Assembly: GCA_038087875.1 (NCBI GenBank)
Contig: JAXLNO010000080.1
Coordinates: 1 to 64,000, forward strand
DNA from: Malacoraja senta
Lineage: Eukaryota
DNA: 64,000 nucleotides
Reading direction: 5' to 3'
Each line of letters opens with the position of its first letter. Position 1 is the stretch's first letter. Of this stretch, positions 22,201 through 37,200 are shown in pieces. The notes beneath the pieces are model-generated. The model was not told where the DNA came from. It saw nothing but the letters and a program-made list of their open reading frames with translations, and did not search any database. A program made the translations under genes and the position numbers.

Positions 22201-25200
22201 AATTGATCAATTAGTTTGTGTGCTTGAGGTTCCCTTCCTCACATTCTTGTTACAAAACTGTGAAATGTGAAATAGGTTGCTTCATCAAATACAACACCTC
22301 TACAACTAGAGATTCATTGACTGAGTCATCTATTTACCTTCTTTCTTTGTCTTCCTACTCACAGACATATATTCAGTAACACGGCTCATCTCAGGTACTG
22401 GGGTCACGTTAATTTCTGGAAAATAAGTATTATTTTCTGATTAAGACTTTAATCCGGCTTGATTTTAAAGAAGCAGCAATCCAGTGTTTAAACTGTACCC
22501 CATTAATAATGAGATCCACCAGAATGACCAGGAACATGGCTTCAGATGTACGTCAGAGACATTTAATGGTGGGATAAGACCATTTGGATAAAATCAGAGT
22601 CCATGGAAACACAGTGTTCCCTAAATTATGACCATATTAGGATGGTACACAAGGCAAAGTTTTCACTTTAAGTTTGAACCACCAAAGTGCAGTGGAGATA
22701 CCTTGGTCTCCTGGTTTCCTGGCCAATATTCATCCCTCAGTAAATAGGAACATATTAAGGGCAAATTGGAGACCATATTTTCTACATGACCACACTTGCT
22801 ATACTTCAACTTCTGGCATGTTTATTTGATAATGGTTTGATAATGGTTTACACAGGGGATGGTGACACAATCACCACGTGGTCAGATCATTGCAGAACAG
22901 CCCTTTAGTCTGAAGTAGGGTCCCGACCCAAAACCTCACCTACCCGTGTTCTCCAGAGATTCCGCCTGACCCGTTGAGTTACTCCAGCACATTGTGTCTT
23001 TTTATCTAGATTAATTGACCTTACACAGAAAGATCAGAGAGCCACAACTTGCCTCAGTAGCCATCAGTTATAGGCTGTAAACATTCTCACAAGTTTCCAT
23101 TTCTTGGTTACAATCAGCTGACTTCCTCAGGCAGGAGATGGGAGCTGATGGTTGGCTGATAAAGTAGCTGATTCAGCTGTGATACTTCCCACTCTACAGT
23201 GGACAAATGTCTATCATAGTCTAAGCCTGGAACAATGGTTGAATGAGCACTGCTGACAACAGAGTGGATATTGCCCTCCAGCTTCAATCCTCTCTAACCA
23301 GGAGCACAAGAACTGTAAACGTTAGAAATACTCAGCCGTTTGAGTAGTATCCGTGGAAAGGGAAAGAAGTGTTTTATGATGAATAAAACGTTGTCAGATT
23401 CATAGAAAGTATCTTTGACAATTGACAATAGACAATAGGTGCAGGAGTAGGCCATTCAGCCCCTCGAGCATGGCTGGACTTGTTCCTCTTTCACAGTTCC
23501 TATCTGTCCTGCTGATTATTATTATTATTTTTCATTCGGATTTTCAACTCCTAAAATTAATTTTGGTCTTCAAGTACTAAAACTGTACTGTGCATGTAAC
23601 CATTGCCTACTGATGTCAATGAGGTTGAACACATTATTATTGCAATCCTAATGAACACATCTTCATGTGTTTTTAGTCTAAAATTGGAGATGGTTGATCC
23701 ATGCATTAATTCCACACACCAACTAATCTATTCACTCACTGATTGATATCTCCTGCCCTTTAAGGACAGCTCAACACCCAAAAGCATCAGTCTGCAATGA
23801 GGCCAAAGGATGGAGAGGCTGGTGTGCGCGACCCTTGTAAAATAAAGTTCCATAGCGAGACTGTGCTAGATGAGCATACATGGGGAGGCTTCTGCTCAGC
23901 CGGGAGCACAGATTTCCAATCTGGGAGGTGGGGACACCACAGTGGGAGTGGGTGTGCGTGGGGGTGGCCTCTCCCTTGGTGCAGCGGCTGACGGAGCAGG
24001 GTTTTACTGGCACTGAGGCACAGGCAGAGGACAACCAAAGTCTTCATTCCTCAGTGGACTCTCAGCCGACTGTAGTCAGAGCCCTGTGGTCCTCTCCCAG
24101 GGGGAGACTGCTGCTTGCCAGGAGTAAAGATTAATAACACCAACCTATAGCACACAGTGACCATCAGGGAGCAGGTTGCTGTGTTCAGTCAAATAATCAC
24201 ATCAGATGGTGCATTGAAGCAGTTCAATCGGCAAGTCAAACTGTAAACATGTCACAAAGAGATGACACAATGAATGCGGCACGGTGGCGCAGCGGTAGAG
24301 CTGCTGCCTTACAGTGACTGCAGCGCCGGAGACCCGGGCTCGATCCCGACTACGGGTGCTGTCTGTACGTAGTTTGTACTTTCTCCCCGGGACCTGCATG
24401 GGTTTTCTCCGAGATCCTCGGTTTCCTTCCATACTCCAAAGACGTACAGGTTTGTAGGTTAAAGGTGTCAAGAAGTTATTGCTCAACATCAATACCACAA
24501 AAGCAATTGGACCAGATCAGATACAGAATCAAGCCCTCAAGATCGCAGCCGAAGAACTGGCTCCAGTTTTGCAGTTCATTTTCCAACAATCGCTTGACTC
24601 AGGTGAAGTTCCGCTGGATTGGAGGAAGGCTAACATCACTCCTCTCTTTAAGAAAGGTTCAACCACCAACCCAGCGAATTATCGTCCTGTTTCATTAACA
24701 AGTACTTGCTGCAAATTACTGGAGCATGTAATTGATAGTAATCTGATGCGACACGTGAGCAAACATAACATTCTTGCTGACAACCAACATGCATTTAGGA
24801 GGCATAGATCATGTGAGTCTCAGCTTATCCTGACGACAAATGACCTGGCCAAACATCTTGATGGTAACGTCATCACGGATTTAGTAGTGCTGGACTTTTC
24901 TAAAGCATTTGATGTCATCCCACACCAGAGACTGCTTCGGAAGCTTGACTTCTATGGTATTCGTTCCAACACGAAACGATGGATTTCCAGCTTCCTGACA
25001 AAACGTCTTCGGCGTGTGTGTGTGAACGGAAAGAGCTCCAATTGGCATCCAGTGTTGAGTGGTACACCTCAGGGGACAGTACTTGGCCCACATCTGTTTT
25101 TGCTTTACATAAACGACATCCATGAAAAAGTCGCAAGCACGACCAGACTATTCGCTGATGATTGTTTGCTGTACCGTCCAATTAAGTCAGCTGATGATGA

Positions 25201-28200
25201 AGATGCTCTCCAAAAGGACCTCGATACAATGGTTGAGTGGGCACACCAATGGGGCATGCAGTTCAACCCTTCCAAATGTGAAACCATGCGTGTCACCGGA
25301 AAGAGGAATCCAGGCAAAACATCGTACAATATACTTGGTACCACCCTTGAAGAATCCAAACAAACCAAGTATCTTGGCATCAAATTGCAGAATGATCTGC
25401 GCTGGAATGGTCAGACTCATCATGCAACGGTGAAAGCAACAGGTGTCCTAAATTTTCTGAGGCGCAACTTTCATCATTGTTCAACTTCTGTCAAGGAGAA
25501 GCTATACTTCACCCTCGTTAGACCTCATTTGGACTACGCAGTTGCAGCATGGGACCCATACACAAATAAAAACATTTCTTCCATCGAACGTGTCCAAAGA
25601 CAGGCAGCTCGATTTGTTACTAACACCTATGAGAGAGAAGCGAGTGTTACCAAACTTCTGAATTCTCTGGGGTGGAACCCTCTCCAAGACACACGTGAAG
25701 CTCACCGTTTGACCTGTTTTTACAAAATGTTAAATGGTCAGCTCAACATAGATTACAAGACCTACACCAAACCCAAACCAATTAGGAGCAGACGAGGACA
25801 TTCGATCCAATTTGAGATTCCAGCTACCAAGACAGATGTGTACAGCAATTCATTCTTCCCCCGCACAATTAAAGCATGGAATAATCTCCACCCTACTATA
25901 GTTACCCAACCAGATGCAACTAAATTTAAGGTAGCTCTTTCTTCCCAAAAACCCTTTCTGGCTTAAGTCCTCCCTCCACCACCTCCAGTTTAAATTCCAT
26001 TTGGAATATTTTGGAGGACCAAGAAACCAAGAACCAAGAACCAATTGCCTTGGTTAATGTAAAAAGTGTCCCTAGTGGGTGTAGGATAGTTTTAATATGC
26101 GGGGATCGCTGGTGGGTGAGGACCCGGTGGGCCGAAGGGCCTGTTTCCACGCTATATCTCTAAACTAAACAGTAAACATGGTTGGTATAATTGAGATTCT
26201 TTTTATGGTGTTCTTTGTCCAGTTATTACCATGGCACACTGAAGAGAGAGTTTGAAGACAAGAGTCAATAATGCTCTTTCATCACATCAATCGCATCATT
26301 GTTCATTTATGCATCATTTATTCAGTCTGAACAGAATGGATTGTGGAAGGATGCTCCCTTCAGTGGAAAGGCTGAGCACAAAAAGTTATAGGTTTAAAAT
26401 AAAGGGGAAAACATTTTAGAATGACTTGAGGAAAATATTTTTGGGCAGCAGGTAGTTGGAGTCTGAATTGTACTGTCTGCATCAGTTGGGGAGCTGGGTT
26501 CTTTCGTGGCTTTCCAGAGAGAATTGGACAAGTGATGAAAAAGCTGCAATGTGATGGCAAAAGGGGAGGGGTTGAATTAGCGAGTGGCTCTGGATGAGAG
26601 TTAGCATGGATATGATGGGTCAAATGGCCACCTTCTGTGCTACAACCATTCCACAATTCTATGATTGGATGATGTAATTATCTGTGAGGAATTAAAGTGT
26701 TCCTGTTGGGACATTGATACTTTCCACTTTGTGCTTCACTGACTCTTCATTGATCTATGTGTGGTGGAGATTGTTTCTTTGTGCCTGGGTGTTTACAGGA
26801 TCTTCCTCTGTTAGTGATCAGTGCTTTGCCTTTTGTCAGCATTGTAAAAAATGTCTTTCACCGAGACTTGGGTCCACATGAAGGGCAGGGATTAATGGAT
26901 GGGTGGGAAAGGGCGTATTTAGTTTAGTTTAGAGATACAGCACGGAAACAGGCCCTTCGGCTCGCCGAGTCCACACCAACCAGCGATTCCCACAGACTAA
27001 CACTATCCTACACACACCAGGGACAACATACAATTAAACCAAGTCTATTAACCTACAGACTTGTACATCTTTGGAATTTGGGAGAAAACAGGAAATCCCG
27101 GAGAAAACCCACGCAGGGCACGGGATGAAGGTACAAGCTCCATACAGTCAGCACCTGTAGTCAGGATTGAACCCGGGTTCCTGGCGCTGTAAGGCAGCAA
27201 CCCTACCACTGAGCCATCATGGTCAGACAAGGTGAAGTCATCAGTATTCCCTCCCCCACATCTTCTGTTCTCACATGGCAGCCTATGGTGAAGTTACTGT
27301 GGATGCTTCAACCGCTGTAATGTTTTACAGCATCAGAACAGGGGAAATAAACTTGTACAACTATTTTAAAGATGATTTTCACTACTTTTGTGATCTTTAA
27401 GGGGCACAGTTTGGGTGTTATGGCAAAGATCTTCCACCAAGCTGCCCACCTTACTATACTGACCTCTGACAAAAAGGTTCACAGTGACACACTGGTTTTC
27501 ATACTACTGGACCAGTTTTCATACCTGTGGAGACACTTATCAACAAGGACAGACATTGATGATGAAATTCCCGATCACCCTCAATGAGATGGCCAACACA
27601 GGTCTTGGTCAGTGGTCTGCCAGCAGTAGTGATCCATGTGCTCCCATGTGCTTCAGAGACCTGGACTACTTACAATAGAAGTGACCTTATAGGCATGGAC
27701 AAGAGGTTTGAAGGAAATGTCTATGATTGAGCTCCACTTGCAGTAAGACATGGAATGTTAAAAGTTATCCAAAAAGAATAGCAACGTGACAAGAACTCTG
27801 TGTCGAGATAACGAAGAGCAGAAGCTGAGAAACTTACTGTTCACCTGCAGATTATATGGAATGAAAACCTTGACTGTGCTTTGATGAAACAAACCACATG
27901 TCCATTTCCTTCTTACTCCATCAGCTATTGCAATAATCAGCTGCAAAGAATTGTTCTCCTGCTTTGTTTGCATGAGATTTTTCTCCTCTACAACTTTGCC
28001 TTCATCATTGATCCAAACCATTCTCATTGACTCAGTGACATGAGACACAGAGCAGGTCAGGGTAATGTTTCTTCCCTCGGTCACTGCGCTAGATGGTTCA
28101 GTTGTGACTGTGGAAAGAAGAAAATCGTAAAACAATGAATTTTGTCTGGATTGTGTTTTTCTCAGTACTTTGACACCAGTATCTGGCGTTCTAAGTGTGG

Positions 28201-31200
28201 AAAATTATATTACACAACAAGAGTTAGAGGCATAGTCATACAGCATGAAACAATTCGGTCCATTCAGCCCAACTCATCCATGCCGACCAAGATGCTCCAC
28301 CTAAAATATGTTCCCACATTTGGCCCATATCCCTCTGCACCTTTCCCATCCATGTACCTCTCCAAGTGTCTTTTCCATAATCATTCACAACAGTTTTGAA
28401 CTAATTATACAAAGAGCAACCAATGCCCACATCATTGTCTCTGGCCACAGTTTTGGCCACAACACTCATCCAGGTCAATATTAATCGATAAATTCCACAA
28501 AATTAGGATGGGTCGTTTGGGGTCAAAGAAACTTGGGGAATGTGTTAAGAGAAGTTGAATAATTTTTAAAATATTTTCGATAGAAGCTCATTTGCACCTT
28601 TGTGAATCACATTTCATCATATTCCCTCTCTTATGTATAAAACAATGTGTTTTCAGCAAAATAAATGAAAATAACTTTTGATGTGCTTCCCAATAATGTT
28701 GGTTTTAGGGCAGATTTTGGGTTCAGCAAAATACAAATAAGCTCTGGAGGTAAAATAATTCTTCAAACTTGTGAATTTCTGCTGAAATTGCAGTCTGTAC
28801 TCAGATTACCAGTAACTTAATTCTTGAAAGTAGTAACATCCAGTCTCCTACCTGTAACTGTGATTAGGTCAATGTTCAAATATATATATGATCCCGTGGA
28901 ACATGTGTAAACTCCAGCATCTGCAAACTGCACGGGGACAATCCTCACACGGAAATTCTTGCCATTCACATTTCCCTCTGTGGTTTCCAGTCGATTCCCA
29001 AAGTACCTCCTGTCGACATGTATCGGCCCAGACCTGTGAGAAGAAGCTATTTCCTTCTCTTGATTCTGGAAACGTGGTGATCTCCAAGTCCATTTCGTTT
29101 CACTGAGCTCAGGAGAAGCTTCACAAATCAGGTCGAGTTCACTGTGATCTGTGACTGAGCGATAAACTGTGTACGTCTTGTTATGTAAACCTGCAAGAGA
29201 GGGACAGGGAACAAAGAATTAGATTTCCACACACGCCGAGATACAATGTTGTGAGTTTCCACAGTGACAAACCCCCGGCTCTGGGATGTCAGCTGGGACC
29301 CCTGGTTCTGGTCTCGCCCAACATGGGGAACATTTTTCCTGCTTCTAGCCTGCCCAATCCCTTAATAATTTTATACGTTTCTATAAGATCCCCTCTCATC
29401 CTAAATTTCAGTGAATATAAACCCAGTCGATCCATTCTTTCATCATATGTCAGTCCGCCATTCCAGGAATTAACCTGGTGAACCTATGCTGCACTCCCTC
29501 GATAGCAAGAATGTCCTTTCTCAAACTAGGAGACCAAAACTGCACACAATACTCCAGGTGTGGTCTCACCAGGGCCCCGTACAACTGCAGTAGGATCTCT
29601 TTGCTCCTATACTCAAATCATCCCGCTATGAAGGCCAACATGCCATTTGCTTTCTCCATTGCCTGCTGTACCTGCATGCTTACTTCAGCACGATGTCCAA
29701 GTCACCTTAATCATAAAGCTGGTGTCCTGTTGACATCGCAAGAACCTGAAGCCCAGTGCTCTTAAGACAGTGGAATTGATTGTAGCGAGTGGGTAAGATC
29801 ATCTGTGACCCCTCTCACCCTGGCCACAAACTCTTTGAATCACTTCCCTCTGTCAGGTGAGTCCGGACTGTCAAAGCTGCCACAGCCAGACATAAAAACA
29901 ACTTCTTCCCACGAGCCGTAGCTCCACTCAACAGCCAAAAGTCGGTAGCCTCTTTTTACTCCGGTACTTTATTTTCACATGTTTAAATTATAATGTTTTA
30001 TTTTTAATTGTCTGCTGTATATCGTGTTTTTACCACATGCGAGCAAAGCACTGTCAAATTCCTTGTGTATGATTACGTGGCCAATAAAATGTGATTCTGA
30101 TTCTGATATTTCCTCTGCATTTATACTTGAATTAGTTCATATTTTCCTGTTCTGTTATACACTGAAAACTAGATGTTATTTCCATCACTGGATATTATTC
30201 TCTTTGATTCATGCAGGTGAACTGAAATGAATCTCTTGGTTCTCCTGTGTTGCTCCATCAATCTTAGTGCCACCATTTTATATTTACACCATGTCCCAGG
30301 GTAAAGGCAATGTCCACATCCTGCAGTGTGGAAGCCCACGGGTGGAGTCAGTGCTCACTATACAACATGTGGAACAGTTTGATATCAAGAACTATTTAAT
30401 ACCTGCTGCAAGGCAGCTTTGGACTCACCCTGATCCACTTCAACATTGGTGTCTCCAGTGAGAACAATGGAGGTATTTTCCTGCACTTCCCATGTGTACA
30501 GATTGGGATTTCCTGCTCCAATGTGTTGGATCATCAGATAGACGTCGTTATTCAGACGGATCTGATCAGTGTTGTTCCTCCTGTTCTGCTGAGATGAGCC
30601 TCTTGGTTTCCAGTGAAGACTGATGGTATCTGGGAGTCTGGAGATGGTACAGCTGAGGGTGATGTCACTGCCCATCACTGGCCTCGGTGAGTCTGCCTCA
30701 ACTGTGGAAACAGACACATGTGGTTCAGTTCACCAACAGCTTTCTGAACTACTGTGGGCAGAATTGTCTTTTTCCTGCAGACAGACAGTCGGCTGAATGT
30801 TGAGCTGCCGTGCTCAGTGATGTCATCAACACTTCCTGGTAGTGCCTACCTGTCCCCCTCGCCCCCTCGTCTCCCACATCAACACTTCCAGGTAGGGATG
30901 TTTTAAGTATAGTAGAAACACAGAACTGCAGATGCTGGTAAATATTTAAAAGGACATAAAGTGCAGGAGTAATTCAGCATGTCTGGTAATATGAATATCA
31001 CTGCCCCTTAATTGGTACACATGACAATAAAAGACCGTTGAACTCTAGAGAACATAGATAGGTGACGTTTCAGGTTGAGACCCTTCTTCAGACTGATTAT
31101 ATTTCTTGGATGTCTTTAACAGAGATTATATGGGAGTGAATAAAATCATGAGAGGCATATCTATAGTAAACGCACATGGTCTTTTTTCCAGGGTTGGGGA

Positions 31201-34200
31201 ATCAAAAACTAGATAGTACATGTTTAAGGTGAGAGGGGCAGATTTGATATACCCTTTAATATTAGGGGCAGTTTTTTGACAAAAAGTGTGGTACATGAAC
31301 ATACTTTATGGAAAGATCGAGCAGAGGAAGTGTTTGATGTAGGTACAGTATTTAAAGGGCATTTAAACAGGTATATGGGGGAAAAAAGGTTAAAATGATA
31401 TGGGCCAAATGAGGGCAAATTGGATGTTTAGATGGGTAGTTGGTCAGTATGGATGAATTGGGCCAAAGGGCCTGTTTCAGTGCTGTGTGACACTATGGCT
31501 CTATTACCTTTAATCCCAAATAGTTCCCACTGTCTCAGGATTTTACCAGCGGGCTGTGACTGATTCCAGATGAACAGTCCTGCATGTATGAATGTGGGCA
31601 TCCTGATCCTCAGATTAAGGGTACCCCAGTCCGCATGCATCCTCTGCGAGATGCCTGGTATTTGATTGTACTCATCGCTCCATTGTACGTCCCACTGCTG
31701 ATCTCTGCGGAAAGTGGCCAATCGCTTTGTGGTTTGTTGCCCTGGGTGTGGCCTCCATTCCAGGTCAATGGGGCCATTTCCAGGACTGTCTGGTCCTTTC
31801 AATACAAAGTTGCCTTCCAGATGGAAAAAGTACATATAATGTCCACTTCCTGTAGGAAAAGAGAACAAATGTGTAAATGTTGGACAATAATTTTTCACTG
31901 ACCTTGTCATTAGCAATATTGCAGAGAATTAATCTTTACTAAGTTGTACGTTATAATTCATCATCATGGAACAGCATGGAAACAGGCCCTCTGCAGCAAT
32001 CTGTCCACGCTGACCAGTGGGTCTCCATGGAGACACAAGAAACTGCAGATTGTGGAATGTTGATCAAACGCAAAGTGTTGGAGAAACTCAATGGGTCAGG
32101 CAGCATCTGTGGAGGGAATGGATTGATGACGTTTCATGTCAGGATGCATTCTCAGGCTGATGGAATGGGAGAGTGGCAACTGGGGAAGGGAAGTAGGCAT
32201 GAGACAAAGCATGGTGAGTGATAGGTGGATACAGGTGGGGAATGGTGATGAGTAGATGGATGGAGATAATGACAAAATGGAGGGGTGAAATGGAGACAAA
32301 AGGTTGTCAGTATAAACATGTGTAATAACAGGATCCATACATAAAAAGAAGTTGTTTGTTATAGTAAACACAGAGCTCAAATACTTAGGTGTTGTAAGCT
32401 CAAGCTCAGCAACGAATCTAACTAGAGGCTGGACTAACAGACTAGATAATATGATGACTGTTTGAGTACACAGCGGCATGCAGTAAAACATGACATAGAT
32501 CAGGTCAACTAATACTGACTGATCTACAGTCAGATCAGTAACAGAGGGAGGGATATGGGTGGAAGTGGAGCAAGAACATAAAAGGAAAACTCTGCAATTG
32601 GAAGGGGTGGGAGATGAGTTGAAAGAGGAAGGGAAGAGAATAGGATAACTAGGTAGTGGGATAAATGCGTGCACAATGAAGGGGGGGAGAAGTGGGGTTC
32701 TGGAAGTGTTATTTGAAATTTGAGAATTCATTGATCATAACAGAGTTAGACCACTCAAACTGGAAGAAAATATTCCACTCAAATTTCAGGATCAATAAGC
32801 GACATCAAAACTCAATCATGACTCTAAGTATGAAGAACAAACCCCTATCACTTACCACGGGGCTCCAGATAGTACGGGACAACAAGCCGGGGCAGGTCTT
32901 GATGAAACAAACCACATCTCCAGTTCCCTCTGCCTCTCTCAGCTTTCTGAATAACCAGACTCTGTGATTTCTCTTCCACAGTCAGTGTCTTTTCTCCAAC
33001 ACTTTTGCCATCGCCATTGATCCAAACCAGTCTCATTGACTCAATGACGTGAGACACAGAGCAGGTCAGGGTAACGGTGTCTCCCTCAGTCACTGCATCA
33101 GACGGTTCAGCTGTGACTGTGGAAACAAGCAGGTTGTTTACATTTTAAACAATAAGTTCATCAGTAAACTCAGTGGCAACATTCTGTCTCCTACCTTTCA
33201 CTGTGATTAGATCAATGGTGGGAAATGGATTTAGTTCCAGATAACATCTGTAAAATCCGGCATCTTGAAACAAAACGGGGACAATCCTCACACTGAAATC
33301 CTTGCCATCGAAGGGTTTTCCTGAGGTCACCAGTCGATTCCCGAAGTCGGTCCCATTGACATTGATGGGCTGAGAACCTTCTGCAGATGCTATTACTTTA
33401 TGCTGTTGAAGGCGATGAGGTGTCCAGGTCCACTGAGCACGGGAATAGCTACGACCATTACCAGAACAACCCAGGTGAAGTTCACTGTGATCTGTGCTGG
33501 AGCGGTAAAGTGTGTATATCCCATTATATAAATCTGTATCAGAGAGACAGAGGATAACTCCTTTCAGTATTACAGTTACCGTGCCATACAGAGATTCTCA
33601 ACCGTATTCTTATAAACATTCGTGGTGTTTTGTTCAGCTGATCAAGTTTCAAATGTAACATCTTTCATGAATGCCGCACTAAACTCATCAGATCTTTATA
33701 AAATACAATGTCCTGTACGGCAGTAAATTGCAGTGAAGTTTGGATATTCCACTCTACATTTCAACATTAGGTTCGCCCCCACACCCGGACTGTCCGGGAA
33801 TCTCCCGGGATGGAATGAAACTTCCCGGAGACTCCCGAGAGCGGTCTGGGAGGTGAATGTCTCTGTCAGTCTGTCTGCAGGAGGTGGTGCAGGTTCAGGC
33901 TGCGGACAGAAGCAGCCCAGAGGATGCCTGCGTGGGGACTGACCCGGACAGGTTGGCACTTCAAGTGGGTCGGGTCTTCCCGTCCCTTCATTCCCATTAT
34001 TCCCACCATCCCTCTCCCATTCACACCCATTGATTCCCTGTCCTTCCCTGTTCCCGGGTCCTGCTCCCAGCTGAATGCTGATCCGAAGCCCGAGTCTGCA
34101 GCAGCTGGAATCACTTCAAGCAACACCAGACTCGGAGAGAAGGGTCAGTGAAGGGAGAGGGGATGGATTGTTGTTCAGTGCTGATGTGTGGGCCGGGACC

Positions 34201-37200
34201 CCCAGTGTGAGTGTGAGCAGCAAGTGCTGGTGGTTGTCATGGTGACTACACTTTCTATCTGACACTTTGACGTGAGTCCTGTATCAGTATCTCAGTCTCA
34301 GATACTGGAGCATTGATGGCAAGATAAACTGACAAAATACTTGACTGAACAATTGTTACAGAAATACATCCCCCTCCTGTGCTGTGTGTCTGTCACACAG
34401 AGACAAGCATGCAGCTGCTCCACAGAGAGACTTTCTGTAAACTTCTCCCTGATCATGCAGCATTTTATACTGGAGAGCAGTTGGTCACTGCCACAGTTCT
34501 TCACAGGGTACACACATAATATTATAAGAAGCACCGTAATACAAGTGTCTACTTGATATCCAATGGGAGGTGTTTACACTCACCGTTGTTTACAGTAAAA
34601 TCTCCGTTACTTGTGTAAACAATGTTTCCGTTTTCCTGCACATCACACACATACAACTTCCCATCCTCCACTGTAACGTGTTGAACCATCAGATAGACCG
34701 TGTTATCCAGGCGGATCTGATCAGTGTTGCCCCTGTTCTGCTGGGATGAGTCCATGGGTCTCCAGTGAAGGCTGACTGTATCTGAGAGTCTGGAGATGGT
34801 GCAGCTGAGTGTGACGTCACTGCCCAGCAGAGGCTTCTGTGGACTTGCCTCAACTGTGAAGAACAGATCAATGAGATTCAGAGTGAGTAGTGGTGTGTAC
34901 AAGTCCAATGACTGGCCTCAATCTCACCTCAACTGAAAACCTAGACCCGCCCCTCATTCTTCTAAACTCCAGCTAGTCCAAGCCCAGAGCCACAAACACT
35001 CATCATCCCCTGGGGCATGTTCAAAAACGTTAGTTTTATGTTGCATTACTTCAGACTGCACTGCAATCTCTGCACCATTCTGCTGTTTTGCTTTTGTTGC
35101 ATTTTATACCTTTTATTATAATTGACTTTATCTGAACAATGAATGTGTTTTACCCAAATGTATATGACAATGAACTAATATGAATCTAAATCTGAATTTG
35201 ATATTGTCCAGACTACACAGACATAGTGTTATTGTTCCTCACTTTGGCAGTGTTCACACATTTTGTGTACATAGCACTCTTGACACTCATGCTGCATCCT
35301 GAGATTATACCAATTCAAGTGTTTCAGAGGTTTATACATTAGATTTAGCTCGGCGGGGACTGGTGGCAGAAGGTCCATGGACTGTAGTTCTATTCCACAA
35401 TGCCTTTGCTTTGTCTGCACTGATCTTCAGTGTGTCCCTCAGCACGTACTCCTGCAGCCTAGAATATTCTGCAATGGAGATTTCCCTGGGGAAAACATGA
35501 AGATCAAAGTAGTTGGATCCAACCTCATTCACTGTATCTCGGCAAACGTTAGAGCAATGAACAAATCCCAATCCCTTTACACCTGTGGAGAATTATCTAC
35601 AGGAGGCAAAGGCCTTGTTCATCCTCGGCTAAAGCTCCCAAGCTGTTGGAATGGTTCTGAGTGGCACCAACTTTTAGAAGTAAACACATTTATTAATATT
35701 GAATATTTCATTTTTTAAATCATGAAAGAGTCTTATTCTACAATAACGATTAGTTTTGATTCCTGAAGAGTCTCCACCCCTGCAGGCACCGGATCCGGGA
35801 GCAGTTTTCCCAGTGCCAGTGTCAGGGAATATCAGCATATTCCTGCTCCAGTCCCAGAAGTGAAGGGGAGCGCTGGCAGATTCACCACAAGAACTGTCAG
35901 CAAGTTGTGGAATTCCTCGTTGTGAAACGCATGGGTGGAAGTCCTGAAGCTGTTCATATTCACACAGGTAAATGCCGGCTGTTCACCGTGACACTGCTGG
36001 TGCAACCGGCAACACTCTGACCAGTAAATGCAAACAACGTTTATATGTAACCGGATTGATACGTTTGTCCATTTGTCCCTGTCATGTCTCCCCCGACCGC
36101 CCTCAAGGTGGGAACTCTCCCACCAGTGTAAGTTCCACAGATGAAGGACTTCCTCTGGGATCTCAACCAAGTGAGGCATGGACCTGGTTCACTGGGTAAC
36201 ATTGAGCAGCAGTGTCACTCGACAATCTCACCCCAGGCCCACAGAATCAATGAAGACAAATCTTTCCCCCAATTGTTTCATTGGGAGATTCATCGGGTGG
36301 AAGAAGTCTCACAATTCCCGCCATATTTCATCATTACACGTGACATTATTTACAGAGAAACATATTGTTGATCCGTGTCTCGCCCACTCACCTTTGATCC
36401 CATATATTTCATATCGTTCCAGGATCTGGTTCCTCGGGTGTGTTTTGGTCAAAGTGAACAACCCTGACCATTTAAATCTGTGTTTTTTTATTGCCAGATT
36501 AACAGTACGATGTTCCACATCCACCTCCTTGTTCTTGCCTGCGTTTTCCCAGCCATTGCCCCACTGTTTGCTCCACACGCCCTTGCTCTGGACGCGGAGA
36601 GTTACCACTGTCTGTTTTCCCGGCCCTGAGTGTGGTTCCCATTCCCAGACAACACTCCCAGGATTGTCCGGTCCTTTTAACACAATGTCGCCTCCATCAT
36701 CCAAGAAATAAATCTGATTTCTGATTTCTGTTGGAAATAGGAAAAATGTAGGAATTAACATTTTAAGCACATTTCCTCCACTCCATGTCTGTAATTATTA
36801 ATTTTGAATTTCATTTATTTCCAGAATGTTTTGATCTCCCACAGAACCTCCAGTGAGACGGACACAGTTTGTGAATAGATGGCTGGCTGGAGTAACCTGG
36901 CCTGATCCAGGGATACTTCATGACATGAGAAGAGTGAGTGGGAGAAAGACGGAGGTGGAAGGGCGTTTGTGTCGGGTCTCCAGCCGGTGTTCCCTGTGAC
37001 GGGGTTTCCTGATGTGGGTGGAGATCAGGCCGATCCTGTACACACCGCATCACCGGCCCTTGTCAGACAGACCTGGAACAGAATAAACATGCTCCTGCCT
37101 CCCTGTCTGCTCCTCATTCCACTGTGATTTACAACATAGAACAGTTCAGCACAGGAACAAGCCCCTCGGCCCACAAGGTCTGTGTCGAGCATAATGCCAC

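Larger units (their letters stand above)
19603..22901. repeat. Direct segmental duplication, about 1.14 kb (19603-20740 and 21753-22901), bracketing the TM exon
   Basis: Near-identical from ggaggacatgtataggtg to gatcattgcagaacagc in both copies. Confidence 0.92.

Noticed and set aside
23771..24134. Overlapping short ORFs in a GC-richer intronic patch
   Set aside because: No recognisable domain and no phase-compatible splice sites
24276..24350. tRNA gene
   Set aside because: SINE head followed by a SINE body and tail; no complete cloverleaf
26753..26808. Alternative terminal exon for a secreted isoform (EDPVNTQAQRNNLHHT*)
   Set aside because: The acceptor lacks a polypyrimidine tract; no other support
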